From Glycera tridactyla (Eukaryota), in assembly GCA_965644265.1 (NCBI GenBank), contig OZ286459.1:139872001-139936000 (forward strand): a stretch of DNA of 64,000 nucleotides, read 5' to 3'. This document shows, one piece after another, positions 10,800 to 22,389 of this stretch. A model generated the notes under the pieces. It was not told the origin of the DNA. It searched no databases and was given only the letters and a program-made list of their open reading frames with translations. Each line of letters starts with the position of its first letter. Positions within the stretch are counted from its first letter, which is position 1. A program made the position numbers and the translations under genes.

Positions 10800-13745
10800 T
10801 CAACGAAATTCACTAAGATGAAGGGATGTAGCTTTTTTGAATGATGAAATAGTGGGGGAAATTCGGATATCAATAGGTAAGGAGTTCCAAAGAGAGGAAC
10901 CCCTGTATCTGATGTTGCGATCTGGGAAGACTAAGCGGTTACAGGGGTGTGTTAGAAGCATGGAACTATTGTGAGATGATCTGGTCAGAATGTGCAAGGG
11001 AGGGTTTTTAATGGTAAAGAGATTCTTGAGTTCTGGGGGAGATAGGCCATGAATAGCTTTAAAGACTTCAATAGCAGTAGAAAGAGCTCTTGTTGTTTCA
11101 AGCTTCTCCATTTTGAGCTCTTGCCTGAGGTGAGTAGCAGAATAGTGCCAACCAGATTGCATGATGGTACTCATGCAACGGTTATGGGCTACCTGAAGTC
11201 TATTGCAATCAATCGAGTTGCATCCATCATAGATGTGATCACAATAGGAGAAGACTGGCTTAATGAGTGAATTAAAAAGAAAAATGGCCATATTTTCGTT
11301 AATAGATGGTCGGAGAAAAAAGAGGGCACGTCTCCGTAGTGTTACTTTATTGATAATTTTGTGGATATGTTCTGAAAAGTTAAGTGTCGGGTCGAGTGTG
11401 ACACCAAGATACTTATATGAAGTGACATCCAAAATCTGAGTGTTAGCATAAGTCAACTTAAGGGTAGATGATTGGCGAAGACGACGACTGGTACCAAAAA
11501 GCATTGAGCAAGATTTAGTAGTGTTGAGGGTCAATTTTGACTCATTAAACCAGTCCGCAATAGCAGCTAAATCAACGTTCAATCTAAGTTCAATATCATG
11601 TACATCACGTCCTGTATAGCATAGGGCAGTATCATCAGCATATAAGTAAACATCACTGTACCGAATGTTTGAGTACAAATCATTTGTGTAAAGAATGAAG
11701 AGAAGGGGTCCCAAGATGGAACCCTGAGGTACACCGAAGTCCACTTTGGCAAAGGTTGAGATCTGGTCTTTGATTTTTACTGCCTGGCTTCTACCACTGA
11801 GATAGGAACCAAACCAGGCAACACAGTTTTCATGGAAGCCGTATGAGCCAAGTTTATTGAGCAGAAGGTCATGGCATACCGTATCGAAGGCCTTCTTTAA
11901 GTCCAGGAAGAGCACCCCAGTGAGACAGCCCCCCTCAGCCCCCTGATAGATTTTATCAAGGAGCCCAGTGAGGCAGGTCCCAGTGGAGTGGCCCCTCCTG
12001 AATCCGAACTGCCTCCGATACAGTACATCATGAGAAGAGACAAAATCGTATGTTTGGGAGTGGATCAATCTCTCAAAGACCTTACCGAGGACTGGAAGAA
12101 TCGAGATAGGGCGAAAGTTTCCAAAATCAGTAGAAGGACCACTTTTGTGAATTAGGGTGACAATGGCTTTTTTCCAGACAGAGGGAAAAACATTTCTATC
12201 AATAGACATATTGAAAATGCAAGTCAATATGAAAATAATGTCATCGGGGAGAAGTTTGATAACATAAGAGGACAAGCCATCAGGACCAGTGGCTCCGGAG
12301 GAGCTCAAGTTTTTTATGCTGTTTTTAACATCAAAGGTGGTAACGTGTTTGAGTTCGAAAGAGGGATGGGAGGAAGTGGGATGAGGTAACTGAGAGGGAT
12401 GGGAATTATTGTCAAATTTGTCATAAAGATTTTTGCCAATGTTTGCAAAAAATGAGTTTGCTTTTTCTACCAGAGGGATATTAGCGTTTTCCGGTTCATC
12501 ATCAGGGGAAGGACAGGTAGGGGATTTTTGAGTTAAAGGCCAAAGGTTTTTTATCTCCTTCCATAATTTTTTGGGGTCGTCTTTATGTTTGTACAATAAA
12601 TCTGAGATATGGGATTTTTTCAGGGCATGTTTGAGCCGAGTTCTTAAGCGAACAGCTTCACGTTTAAGTTCAAGATTTAGAGTTGTTGGATTTTCATTGT
12701 ACTTTTTACTTCGAAATTCAGCTAGATCAATGAAACTAATGTAGTCAAAGTTGATCCAGGGTTGACTATTTTCACGTATAGGCATGTACTTAAGAGGGGC
12801 AGATTTATCAAGAATTTTTATAATGATTTCCTGAAATTGAGATGCTGCGAGCTCCGGGTTATCCAGTGAGAGATCAGCTTGCTGAAATTCATGTCTTAAT
12901 GAAGATTCAAAGTTATGGGTATTCAATTTTCGGTAGGATCGAATTTGGTGATAAGAAGAGATTTTGGGTAATTTACGTCGGTGTCTGGTGGTGTAAATAA
13001 GTTTGTGGTCACTGAGGGCAGGGTCTAAAGTACCCCAACAGTTATAAAATTCAGGTCTATTTGTAAGAATATGATCAATAAGGCTGGAGGTATTGGCCGA
13101 GATTCTAGTGGGTGATGAAATGATTTGGGAGAGATCATGTGCTTTTAAAAAATCAGAGTAAATTTTGGGAGAACCTCCAATTTCTTCAGAGCAATCAATG
13201 TTAATATCACCAAGAATGAGAATGTCCGCGGGATATTTAAGTGAATCACTTTCTAGAATCTTGTCCAAGGAATCAAGGAAATTAGAGATTGATCCATTGG
13301 GTGGCCTATAAACACAAAAAATATAGGTGGGCCTAGCCTTGGTTAGCTTCAGGCATACTGGTAAGATCTCAGCATCAGGTGAGCAGTGGCACAAGTCATC
13401 AATAATAGTAAGATCATACTGCTGCTGATAGTAGACAAGGAGGCCGCCACCTCCACGCTTACCAGAAGCAGCAGTACGATCAAGGCGGTGAAATTTGTAG
13501 CCAGGTATATACACTTCATTGTCATGTATTGACCCATTGAGAAAAGTTTCATTGATACAGAGACAGTCCAGTGAACTACTAAGAAGCAGAGTTTTCAGGT
13601 CTTCATGCTTCCTAATGATACTACATAGATTAAGAGAGCCAACTGATATGCCGGGAAGATTGGATAAGCACTTGGAGCTGTAGTCAAGATCAGAGAGGGG
13701 TGAGTCAAGAGGAAAGACAAATTTTGGTTTTCTGGGGGGAGGCAT
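10800..13745 (-). CDS. LINE ORF2: apurinic endonuclease plus reverse transcriptase, intact, 981 aa from the first ATG
   Basis: APE motifs SLNLCS, INETFL, GGGGLLVY, VYRPP, LGDINID, PTR, IDH and SDH; RT motifs NFRPISIL, QFGFR, FLDLKKAFDTV, GVPQGSILGP, YADD and YLGV; CR1-group C-terminus RYRGSSLWNSLP. The ORF-track start at 13901 is a TTG; the first ATG is at 13745. Confidence 0.97.
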   Translation of the reverse strand: MPPPRKPKFVFPLDSPLSDLDYSSKCLSNLPGISVGSLNLCSIIRKHEDLKTLLLSSSLDCLCINETFLNGSIHDNEVYIPGYKFHRLDRTAASGKRGGGGLLVYYQQQYDLTIIDDLCHCSPDAEILPVCLKLTKARPTYIFCVYRPPNGSISNFLDSLDKILESDSLKYPADILILGDINIDCSEEIGGSPKIYSDFLKAHDLSQIISSPTRISANTSSLIDHILTNRPEFYNCWGTLDPALSDHKLIYTTRHRRKLPKISSYHQIRSYRKLNTHNFESSLRHEFQQADLSLDNPELAASQFQEIIIKILDKSAPLKYMPIRENSQPWINFDYISFIDLAEFRSKKYNENPTTLNLELKREAVRLRTRLKHALKKSHISDLLYKHKDDPKKLWKEIKNLWPLTQKSPTCPSPDDEPENANIPLVEKANSFFANIGKNLYDKFDNNSHPSQLPHPTSSHPSFELKHVTTFDVKNSIKNLSSSGATGPDGLSSYVIKLLPDDIIFILTCIFNMSIDRNVFPSVWKKAIVTLIHKSGPSTDFGNFRPISILPVLGKVFERLIHSQTYDFVSSHDVLYRRQFGFRRGHSTGTCLTGLLDKIYQGAEGGCLTGVLFLDLKKAFDTVCHDLLLNKLGSYGFHENCVAWFGSYLSGRSQAVKIKDQISTFAKVDFGVPQGSILGPLLFILYTNDLYSNIRYSDVYLYADDTALCYTGRDVHDIELRLNVDLAAIADWFNESKLTLNTTKSCSMLFGTSRRLRQSSTLKLTYANTQILDVTSYKYLGVTLDPTLNFSEHIHKIINKVTLRRRALFFLRPSINENMAIFLFNSLIKPVFSYCDHIYDGCNSIDCNRLQVAHNRCMSTIMQSGWHYSATHLRQELKMEKLETTRALSTAIEVFKAIHGLSPPELKNLFTIKNPPLHILTRSSHNSSMLLTHPCNRLVFPDRNIRYRGSSLWNSLPIDIRISPTISSFKKATSLHLSEFR

Positions 13746-14139
13746 TTGGGTTAGGGAGAGGGGTGATAAGGAGGACAGAGAAAGGATGGAGTATAAGTGA
13801 GGGAAGGAGGAATAAGAAACAGAGGAGCTGGTGGAAGGATAAGTGGGGAGGGGTGTAAAGGAGTAACGGGGTTGGTGGGGTGGGAGGGATGGTGTGCACA
13901 AAGTTGTATGAGAAAATAGAGTGGGATGAGAAAAATAAGTGTGTTAGTTATCTGAGTAGAAGTGGTGGGGAGGTAGTCAAAATGTAGGGGAAGTAGGTGT
14001 ATAAGAGGAGCAAACAGGTGGTAGTAATGATAGTAAGGAATCAGGGGAGCGATCAGGTGGTAGTAATGATTGTCTCATTGATAATTACTCGAAGCCTTTA
14101 TAGAAAGATACATTACTCATATAGATTATGAATTTGTAG

Positions 14140-16159
14140 GTTAGATAAGTGGCCAGAAACCAACCATCTTATGGAACATATAATTGGAGGGATTTAGGTG
14201 AGGGTTTAGTAAGAGTAAGGGAAGAAAAGAATTTTAACTAGGCTCTCTAGAAACTTGCCTGAGCCGGTGGCCCACGTTGTGAGGGCGACTGGACAAAAAA
14301 GATGGAAAGCATGAATCCAATACAGGAAGTTTAAGTAATATGTGAGTATATCATTCCTGAGCACACTGGCCTACGTTGTGAAGGCGAGTGAAATGAGGAA
14401 GATTGAAAGAAGAAAGTTGGACATGTGAGTGAAGAAAAAGAATTCAGCTGAAAGAGAGGGGGGAGGGAAGCTCCAATTGTGTTTTAGAGGTCAAGGTGCA
14501 CAAACCATCATGTTACATGATGTGTGGAATTATAAAGTACAGGTCATATATGCATTGAGAGACAGAACAATTAGTGATGTTGAAGCAGCACATCTAGACA
14601 TAGACCATGCAAAAATTAAGTCAAGAGAACAAAAGCAAGTCTTGTTATGTGAAAGAGGTTTGAGAGAATCGAGTGAAGGTGATATCAAGGTGGATATAAC
14701 TAACAGGTGGGTACAAAATTGTCACTGGGGATACTAGTGAACATGAAGAAATAGTGATTTAACTAACAAACAGGTACTAGCTAACTCCCAGGATAAAAGT
14801 GAACATGTAGAATAAGTATTCAAGAAACAATGCAACATATATACAATTTATGACCAAGTATGGCATCAAGGATATAGTCAACCTCGCATAATGCATCGAA
14901 GAAATGAATTGAATTGAGTTTAAATTGAAATGATACAAGGCATAAATGCACAAAAGGTTCGCATGCACGCTACTTTTCGAGAGGGTACACTGCCGAGTGT
15001 GAGTGCGTGTGTGCGCGCGTGTGAGTGTGAAAGTGTGTGTGTGTGTGCGCATGTAAGCGCGTGTGTGTGTATGAGTGTGTGTGTGCGTGTGAGTGTGCGA
15101 GTGCGTGTGTGTGTGTGCGAGAGTGAGTGTGTGTGTGTGTGAGTGTGAAAGTGTGTGTGTGTATNNNNNNNNNNNNNNNNNNNNNNNNNNNNNNNNNNNN
15201 NNNNNNNNNNNNNNNNNNNNNNNNNNNNNNNNNNNNNNNNNNNNNNNNNNNNNNNNNNNNNNNNNNNNNNNNNNNNNNNNNNNNNNNNNNNNNNNNNNNN
15301 NTGTGTGTGAGTGAGTGATTGTAGAAAAATGGTTAGAAAACAACCATTTTATGGAACAAATAATAGGAGGGATTTAGGTGAGGGTTTTAGTAAGAGTAAG
15401 GGAAGAAAAGAAATTGGAACTAGGCTCTCTAGAAACTTGCCTGAGCCGGTGGCCCACGTTGCAAGGGCGACTGGACAAAAAAGATGGAGAGCATGAATCC
15501 AATATAAGGAAGTTTAGTAATATGTGATTATATCATTCCTGAGAACACTGGCCTACGTTGTGAAGGCGAGTGAAATGAGGAAGATTGAAAGAAGAAAGTT
15601 GGACATGTGAGTGAAGAAAAAGATTTCAGCTGAAAGAGAGGGGGGAGGGAAGCTCCAATTGTGTTTAAGAGGTCAAGGTGCTCAGACCATCATGTTACAT
15701 GATGTGTGGAATTAAAGTACAGGTCATATATGCATTGAGAGACAGAACAATTAGTGATGTTGAAGCAGCACATCTGGACATAGACCATGCAAAAATTATG
15801 TCAAGAGAACAAAAGCAAGTCTTGTTATGTGAAAGAGGTTTGAGAGAATCGAGTGAAGGTGATATCAAGGTGGATATAACTAACAGGTGGGTACAAAATT
15901 GTCACTGGGGATACTAGTGAACATGAGGAAATAGTGATTTAACTAACAAATAGGTACTAGCTAACTCCCAGGAATAAAAGTGAACATGTAGAATAAGTAT
16001 TCAAGAAACAATGCAACATATATACAATTTATGACCAAGTATGGCATCAAGGATATAGTCAACCTCGCATAATGTATCGAAGAAATGAATTGAGTTGAGT
16101 TTGAATTGAAATGATACAAGGCATAAATGCACGAGGGTACGCATGCACGCTGCTTGTCG
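14140..16159. repeat. ~1.0-1.2 kb direct tandem duplication in the esterase-ORF2 spacer
   Basis: ~14160-14975 is nearly identical to ~15338-16159, with scattered substitutions and indels. The copies are separated by a GT microsatellite and an N-gap. Confidence 0.85.
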
Positions 16160-18265
16160 NNNNNNNNNNNNNNNNNNNNNNNNNNNNNNNNNNNNNNNNN
16201 NNNNNNNNNNNNNNNNNNNNNNNNNNNNNNNNNNNNNNNNNNNNNNNNNNNNNNNNNNNNNNNNNNNNNNNNNNNNNNNNNNNNNNNNNNNNNNNNNNNN
16301 NNNNNNNNNNNNNNNNNNNNNNNNNNNNNNNNNNNNNNNNNNNNNNNNNNNNNNNNNNNNNNNNNNNNNNNNNNNNNNNNNNNNNNNNNNNNNNNNNNNN
16401 NNNNNNNNNNNNNNNNNNNNNNNNNNNNNNNNNNNNNNNNNNNNNNNNNNNNNNNNNNNNNNNNNNNNNNNNNNNNNNNNNNNNNNNNNNNNNNNNNNNN
16501 NTGTGTGAGTGAATGTGTGTGTAAGTGTGTGTGTGTGAGTGTGAGTGAGTGCGTGCATGAGTGTGTGTGAGTGAGCGTGCATGCGTGCGTGAGTGTGAGA
16601 GTGTGCGCGCGCGTGTGCGCGTTGCTCGATGTAGCGATTTGTCCATGACAATAAGTAACTAATCAATGCTATTTCTCATTTCAGGTGTACAAATTCCAAC
16701 GGGACGAGGAGCCTGGCTATCCAGGCAAACACTATACAACAACGACAAGAAATGCGAAAAAATGATAGAGAGCAAATTTATGCGTGTGAAACGTCACCCT
16801 AGCGGATGAAGTCGGAATTAATCGCTTCTGCAGCGCCTCCGGCGGTCATTTTGTTAACTATACGAAACAAGATGGCGATGAAGCGTATATTTGACAATTC
16901 GTCGAGGAATAAAGAATCATCTCAGCGAGAAACAGGGCAGGTACGGTGGTTTTAGGCGTGCGAATCGCGTAAACGCTTATACAATAGAGATCGCAATCGT
17001 ATGTCGCGGCCCAGCTGAATTTATTTATCCTGAAAACCGGGATTGTTTGCGAAGAACTTCGAATAACGCTCATTAAATTGCAGGGCTTCCGCGGAATTTG
17101 GTGTTTGTTTACGCGAGGTTTGTTAGATTGAGCATAAACAGGGATATATTCTGTCTGACCGTCTGTCAGCCTGTCACTTGTGTGAAATGAAATGAAGTGA
17201 AATGATCTTCTTAATAGCTCACTCTCAGAAATTATTTTTGGAAAAGATAAATCTTTCTTTCAAAAACTGGATAAATATGCATATGAAAAGTAGACCAAAA
17301 TTAGGGTCCATACATCAAAAGCGTCTGTTTAGTCTGTTGTGGATCATTGACAAAATAAAACAAATCTAACCAAAAGCTAATGGAAAAACATGACATGAGT
17401 CAAACTTCACAAATTCTGTACATTCATCTGAAGAAATACACAATATTCATGGGCAGTTTTGTGGTGAAAATTAGTCATATATGTACTGCATGGGCAGTGG
17501 GATGAGGAGGGTACTGCTGATTACATCATCTGAAAACATCCCTCTCACTTGTGAGTAGATGGGATACACTGGCTAGTCGGGACTTTGTTTACACACCTAC
17601 ACTGTTGTTCCCAGGTCATACATGTAATCAGTAACCTCAATTTGTGGTTATGATGGGCCAATCACAGGAATAAAATTGTAGAGAACTACAAATCTGGTAG
17701 GGAATTGCCGATATCCTTTGGGCAGGGAAAGGTTGGAATATAGGAACATATCCTGCCATGTAGGTACTTATCTNNNNNNNNNNNNNNNNNNNNNNNNNNN
17801 NNNNNNNNNNNNNNNNNNNNNNNNNNNNNNNNNNNNNNNNNNNNNNNNNNNNNNNNNNNNNNNNNNNNNNNNNNNNNNNNNNNNNNNNNNNNNNNNNNNN
17901 NNNNNNNNNNNNNNNNNNNNNNNNNNNNNNNNNNNNNNNNNNNNNNNNNNNNNNNNNNNNNNNNNNNNNNNTCACTAACACACACACAAACTCACACACA
18001 CACATAAACTCACATACGCACGCACACACTCACACACGCATACACACCCACACACACTCACACACACACACTCACACATACACACACACACACACACCCA
18101 CTCACACACACACCCACACACATACACAAACACTCACACACATATGCGCCCACACGCGCACACACACACACCCCCACACTCACACACACACTCACACGCA
18201 AGCACACGCCCCACACACACGCACACACACACTCACTCACACACACTCACACACAGACATACACA
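14995..18265. repeat. Imperfect (GT)n blocks (14995-15164, 15302-15316, 16502-16620) and a (CA)n block (17972-18265) adjoining assembly gaps
   Basis: Read directly. N-runs at 15165-15301, 16160-16501 and 17774-17971. Confidence 0.95.
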
Positions 18266-18292
18266 AACAACATCTAAACCTTTTCATGATCC

Positions 18293-18395
18293 AACAAGGC
18301 CACGGAGGGGCAAGATACCCCACACATGGGAGCACTGTGAGTAATCTATATCACACACGGGAACACAGTGGGTAACCCACCATGTAGAAGGTCAT
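18293..18395 (+). mobile_element. 5'-end fragment of the HINE family seen at 45949
   Basis: AACAAGGCCACGGAGGGCAAGATACCC...ACACGGGAACACAGTGGGTAACCCA matches 45949-46040. Confidence 0.75.
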
Positions 18396-18596
18396 TGGAA
18401 CATGAGACTCGAGCATGTAAAAGTTACATGCCAGTTACACATGATAAGAAAAACAGACCAAGTATCCAATATTGTGATTGTTAAGGTATTATGAGATGTA
18501 TCATCTTGGAGTATTCCACCACAGTATACATAAGACCAAGCATGCATAAGTTACATTCATAGGGCACCAAAAGCAAAAACACTGACTATTTGCAGC

Positions 18597-19403
18597 TTAT
18601 TTATTTCTGATTTTCCACCAGTCCATGATTGATGGGAGGATGTCTCGGAAGACTGCCTGATAACCATATTCATTTAGATGGACATTATCAGGCTTGAGAA
18701 AGCCTGGGATGATGTCATCTAACTCTCCAGTTGCAATTTTGGGTTTCTTTTCATGCCAGTATAGGGATCGGGTTTTCAGTTCACGTACATGATATAAACT
18801 TTTGAAATAGTAGTGAAAAAGATAACTAATGTGATTGGCAAGACGATGAGTATCGTCACTCCACCCGCATCGAGGAAATATGGGGATAAAGCCAAGTTTA
18901 GAGTCAGGAAATGTAGAGGAGATATCAAGCAATAAGGAGTCAAGGTGGTTGAACATGCCCTCAAACCATTCAGTGCACACATTTTCAATCTCATGGTCAT
19001 AAGCTGTTCCGGTAAGAGATTGGCTGAGGGTAACCTGGTGGGATTCTAGATCCGCACAATCATTACCTCCAATTAGAATTACAGTATAGTCAGGGGTAAA
19101 ACCTGTAGATATAATGGTATCCCATTGATTGCCATAGAGGAGGACTTTCTCATGGCTCATATGGAGACCGCGAAGATTTGCTTTGAGCTTCCAAATTTTC
19201 GATCCCCTAACACCAAGAAATTTAGCGTTGGATAGAAAGGGTTGAATGTCATTGGTAGCAAAGTTTTTGATCTCATCGGAGGCACGGGCAATGTGACTGT
19301 CACCCAAGAAAAGTATATTCGGAGCACCAAGATTTCTTAAGGTGAGTTTGGGTCTGTCAAGTCGATCGGTGCCAGAAGCTGGTGTCACTCTCTGAATCGC
19401 CAT
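18597..19403 (-). CDS. Stand-alone SGNH/GDSL-family esterase ORF (268 aa) inside the LINE
   Basis: Block I LFLGDSH, block II GVRG, block III IGGND and block V PDNVHLN; the Ser-Asp-His triad residues are all present; ATG start and no internal stop. Confidence 0.9.
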   Translation of the reverse strand: MAIQRVTPASGTDRLDRPKLTLRNLGAPNILFLGDSHIARASDEIKNFATNDIQPFLSNAKFLGVRGSKIWKLKANLRGLHMSHEKVLLYGNQWDTIISTGFTPDYTVILIGGNDCADLESHQVTLSQSLTGTAYDHEIENVCTEWFEGMFNHLDSLLLDISSTFPDSKLGFIPIFPRCGWSDDTHRLANHISYLFHYYFKSLYHVRELKTRSLYWHEKKPKIATGELDDIIPGFLKPDNVHLNEYGYQAVFRDILPSIMDWWKIRNK

Positions 19404-20246
19404 ATTCGTATGATGTTCAGTGCACTCCTGTCAAAATAATCATAGTCATAACTAGATATAACTCGAGAAAAATGAATTTGGATAGGATTGTTATGAGTGG
19501 GAAATTAAAGTATGAAAAATCGAGTGTGAATAATCGAGCTAAAAGGAATTAAGGAGGCTGATTCAGCTAATGTATACAAGATATTCAATTAGGGTGAATT
19601 ACCCAGGTGAGGCATGTAAAAACAAGTAAAGTAATCATGTTACATCACAGGGATATAAAAACAAACAAAATTAATCATGTTACATCACAGCTCAAGGTAA
19701 TAATATCCATGATTAATGATGAGGAGGATCAGTCAATGGTGGGAGGTAAACATTTATGTGGTACAGCAAGATGAGATTTCCAAATCATGGGCACATGCAT
19801 ATGAAATAATTCAATCAAGTAGAAGTAGTACATAGTAAATGGCAAGTATGAACAATGTAAGGAATACTATCACAAAATAATTAGTGTGATTTGAGTAAAG
19901 GTAAAACAGGTGATTGAGCATTAGGTGCGAGGATAACAAATATATCAAGAAGTGTATTCGTCCATGATTAAATGAAATGAAATGAAATCACTGATATAAT
20001 TGAAATCACTGGCCGACGTTGTGAGGGCGAGTGAGGCGGGGGGGGGGGGGGGGGGGGGGGTGATGTACATTCAAATCAGCTGATTGAGCAATAATGGAAT
20101 GAGAATGATGTAGATTGTGAATAAAATTTCATAAAAAATTTTTTTTTTTTTTAAAAAGAAAAATTTATAAAGTAAACTTACAAGAGGCGGCATAGGGTAG
20201 CGAATGTGGTATTGTTGGTAGATCGGAATTTGAGCCATGATTCAGG

Positions 20247-22389
20247 CTAAAGAGCCAGGTTGGAGAAGCGATTGTAGGTGTTAATTCTGTAATCTGGGAG
20301 AGGAAAATTGCGAGCGTGTTGAAGAGAAGGTGAAGGACGAGGATTGTTGCTGTGCGAGCGGCCACTTCGACGCAAGCAGGAGGCACTGATCCAGGGGTTA
20401 GCGTTGCTCGCATGTAAGTCACGGTGGTTATTGTGGCTCAGATCAGAGTGATTTGCGAAACTGGGTTGCTTTACCCGGGTGTTAACGTGACTCAACCTAG
20501 TACTGGGCTCATCATTATGTACTTGATCGGCAGAAATGAGAAAGCCTGAAGCATGACTTGATTGTTTAGACCTGGAAGCAGAAAGTTGATTAGATTGTTG
20601 AGCATTGGGAGGGAAAACAGATCCAGTATGTTGAAGGCTAATGTTGCTGGTAGTTGTGTAAGATTGGATACCACTTACTGGAGGTGAAATTCCATCATTT
20701 TTGGTAGTGATGGGCTGATATTCAGGTATTTCCCCCTGGGGCAAGTTGTTCAAGGTAGGTTTACGTAGACCAAATGAGGATCTATTTTCAGAAAGCAATT
20801 CAGGCATAGTAGAGTTAGGACGAGTGGCCCAAACTAGGCCATCATAAGACCAAACACGTGTGTATTCATTGTTTTTCTTAGACATTCTGGCATTGTAGTA
20901 GGTCTTGGTGTTTCGAGACGTTAGATATTCTTTGATAAAGACCTGTGTACCTCTTAGATGACCCTTCATTTTGAGAAGATATCTCTTCAAGTTGACATCC
21001 TTAAAGCGCACTAATATTGGGCGAGGATGTAGGCCTTGTTTACCGAGAAAAGAGCACTTTTCAATGTCATTAGGAGAAACACTGAGGCCAAGAGTTTGAT
21101 CTATGCAGTATATCAGATTTTCTGAGATTGAGAAATTGGGATAAATGATGACACCCTCGAAGATGAGTGAACAGAGACGATTGGAAATTTCTAGACTTTC
21201 AACACGATCAGATAGTTTGGAGATGTCATTTTCTATAGGTGGAGTTGGGTCAGCAGAACTCTTAGAAGTAGGAGGCCCAGATGAAAAGAGAGATTTGACA
21301 TCTTTTTTGATAACTTCGATAGAGTGCTCATGTGCGAGTAACTCCTGTTTGACTTCTAGAGTGATTTCATGCTTGAGCTCAGCTATGACACTGGCCCTGA
21401 TCTCATCCTTAATTGATTGATATAGTTCAGCTTTCAAGTCATGGTACAACTCATCTTTCAGGGCAGGTAGAAGTTTGAGCTTGAGATCATGAACATCAAC
21501 TTGGGAGGGGGGGGGGGGACAACTGAGTGATATTGAAACTGGGGGATTGGATCGACATGCTGGATGATAGATCAGGTACTGAGCGAGACTTTTGTGCTAG
21601 AGGAATTGATGAACAAGAACTGGTAAAAGAAGACTGTTCTGTAATCAGTTCAGGATTTTGACTAGGTTGATGACCGAGACATCTTCTCTTCTCTGGGTCT
21701 TCGATGGGATCATCAGTAGGTGAGAAACAGTCATTTTTCCTCTTGGGCAGTTTCTGGCGAATGATTTGTGGAGCCGAACTATGTCTAAGTCTACCATTGT
21801 TTATGGAGTTGGACAGATCATCAGGTAGGCGCTGGACAGAAACGATGGGGCTTAGGATGGCCAGATTGGGAAGGCCAGAGTTACATAAAATGTTACCAGA
21901 GTACTTAGAGAGATCCGTAACTGTAGGTGTACTAGTTAGATCAGCCTGTGAAGCTGAAGGTGGAGCTTTGAAGACAGGAGGAGAAACGTCATGAGTTGAA
22001 AGATCACGGGCGGCACATTGTGAATCACAGGCGGCACGTTGCGCAGATTGTTTGAAGTTGGTCGGTGACATCTCTGTTGAAGAGGGACAACCAACTTCAG
22101 ACTCATCAGCAGGCCAATCAAGGGAAGAATTGGCACTAGAAGGCATATCCCCGATGTGGACAGAATGATGAATGATGGAGTGTTGAGAGGTTGACACTTC
22201 CGCCGAAGTAATAGGTTGAAGAGCAATGTCAGAGAGAACAACGACAGGGCTGACCTTGAGTTGCAGGTTGCAGCTTGCATTATCACTCAGGTCACTCTGG
22301 CCAGTTGAACTAAATGAGCTGTCAAGTCCTTCAAGTGAGGAACTTGTCTTACTATTTGTATTAGAATGGAGCCTTGGACTGTCCGACAT
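20247..22389 (-). CDS. LINE ORF1, ~714 aa (Ser-rich N-terminus, coiled coil, RRM plus C-terminal domain of L1-ORF1 type, Ser-rich tail), split by a 1-nt shift in a C12 run
   Basis: ORF-track entries 21496-22389 and 20247-21449 fuse if one C is removed at 21507-21518 (..QLSPPP/SQVDVHDLKLKLLPALKDELYHDLKAEL..). Motifs: DRVESLE..NRLCSLIFEGV, IEKCSFLG, PRPILVRF, VFIKEYLT, VWSYDGLVW. The downstream ORF has only a TTG start. Confidence 0.85.

Noticed and set aside
10800-13901. ORF2 of 1033 aa as given by the ORF track
   Set aside because: The start at 13901 is TTG in a low-complexity pyrimidine tract; the first ATG (13745) sits just before the endonuclease domain.
21496-22389. 297-aa Ser-rich ORF as an independent fourth gene
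   Set aside because: It fuses with the 20247-21449 frame by a single-base change in a C12 run, and the downstream frame has no ATG, so both are treated as one ORF1.
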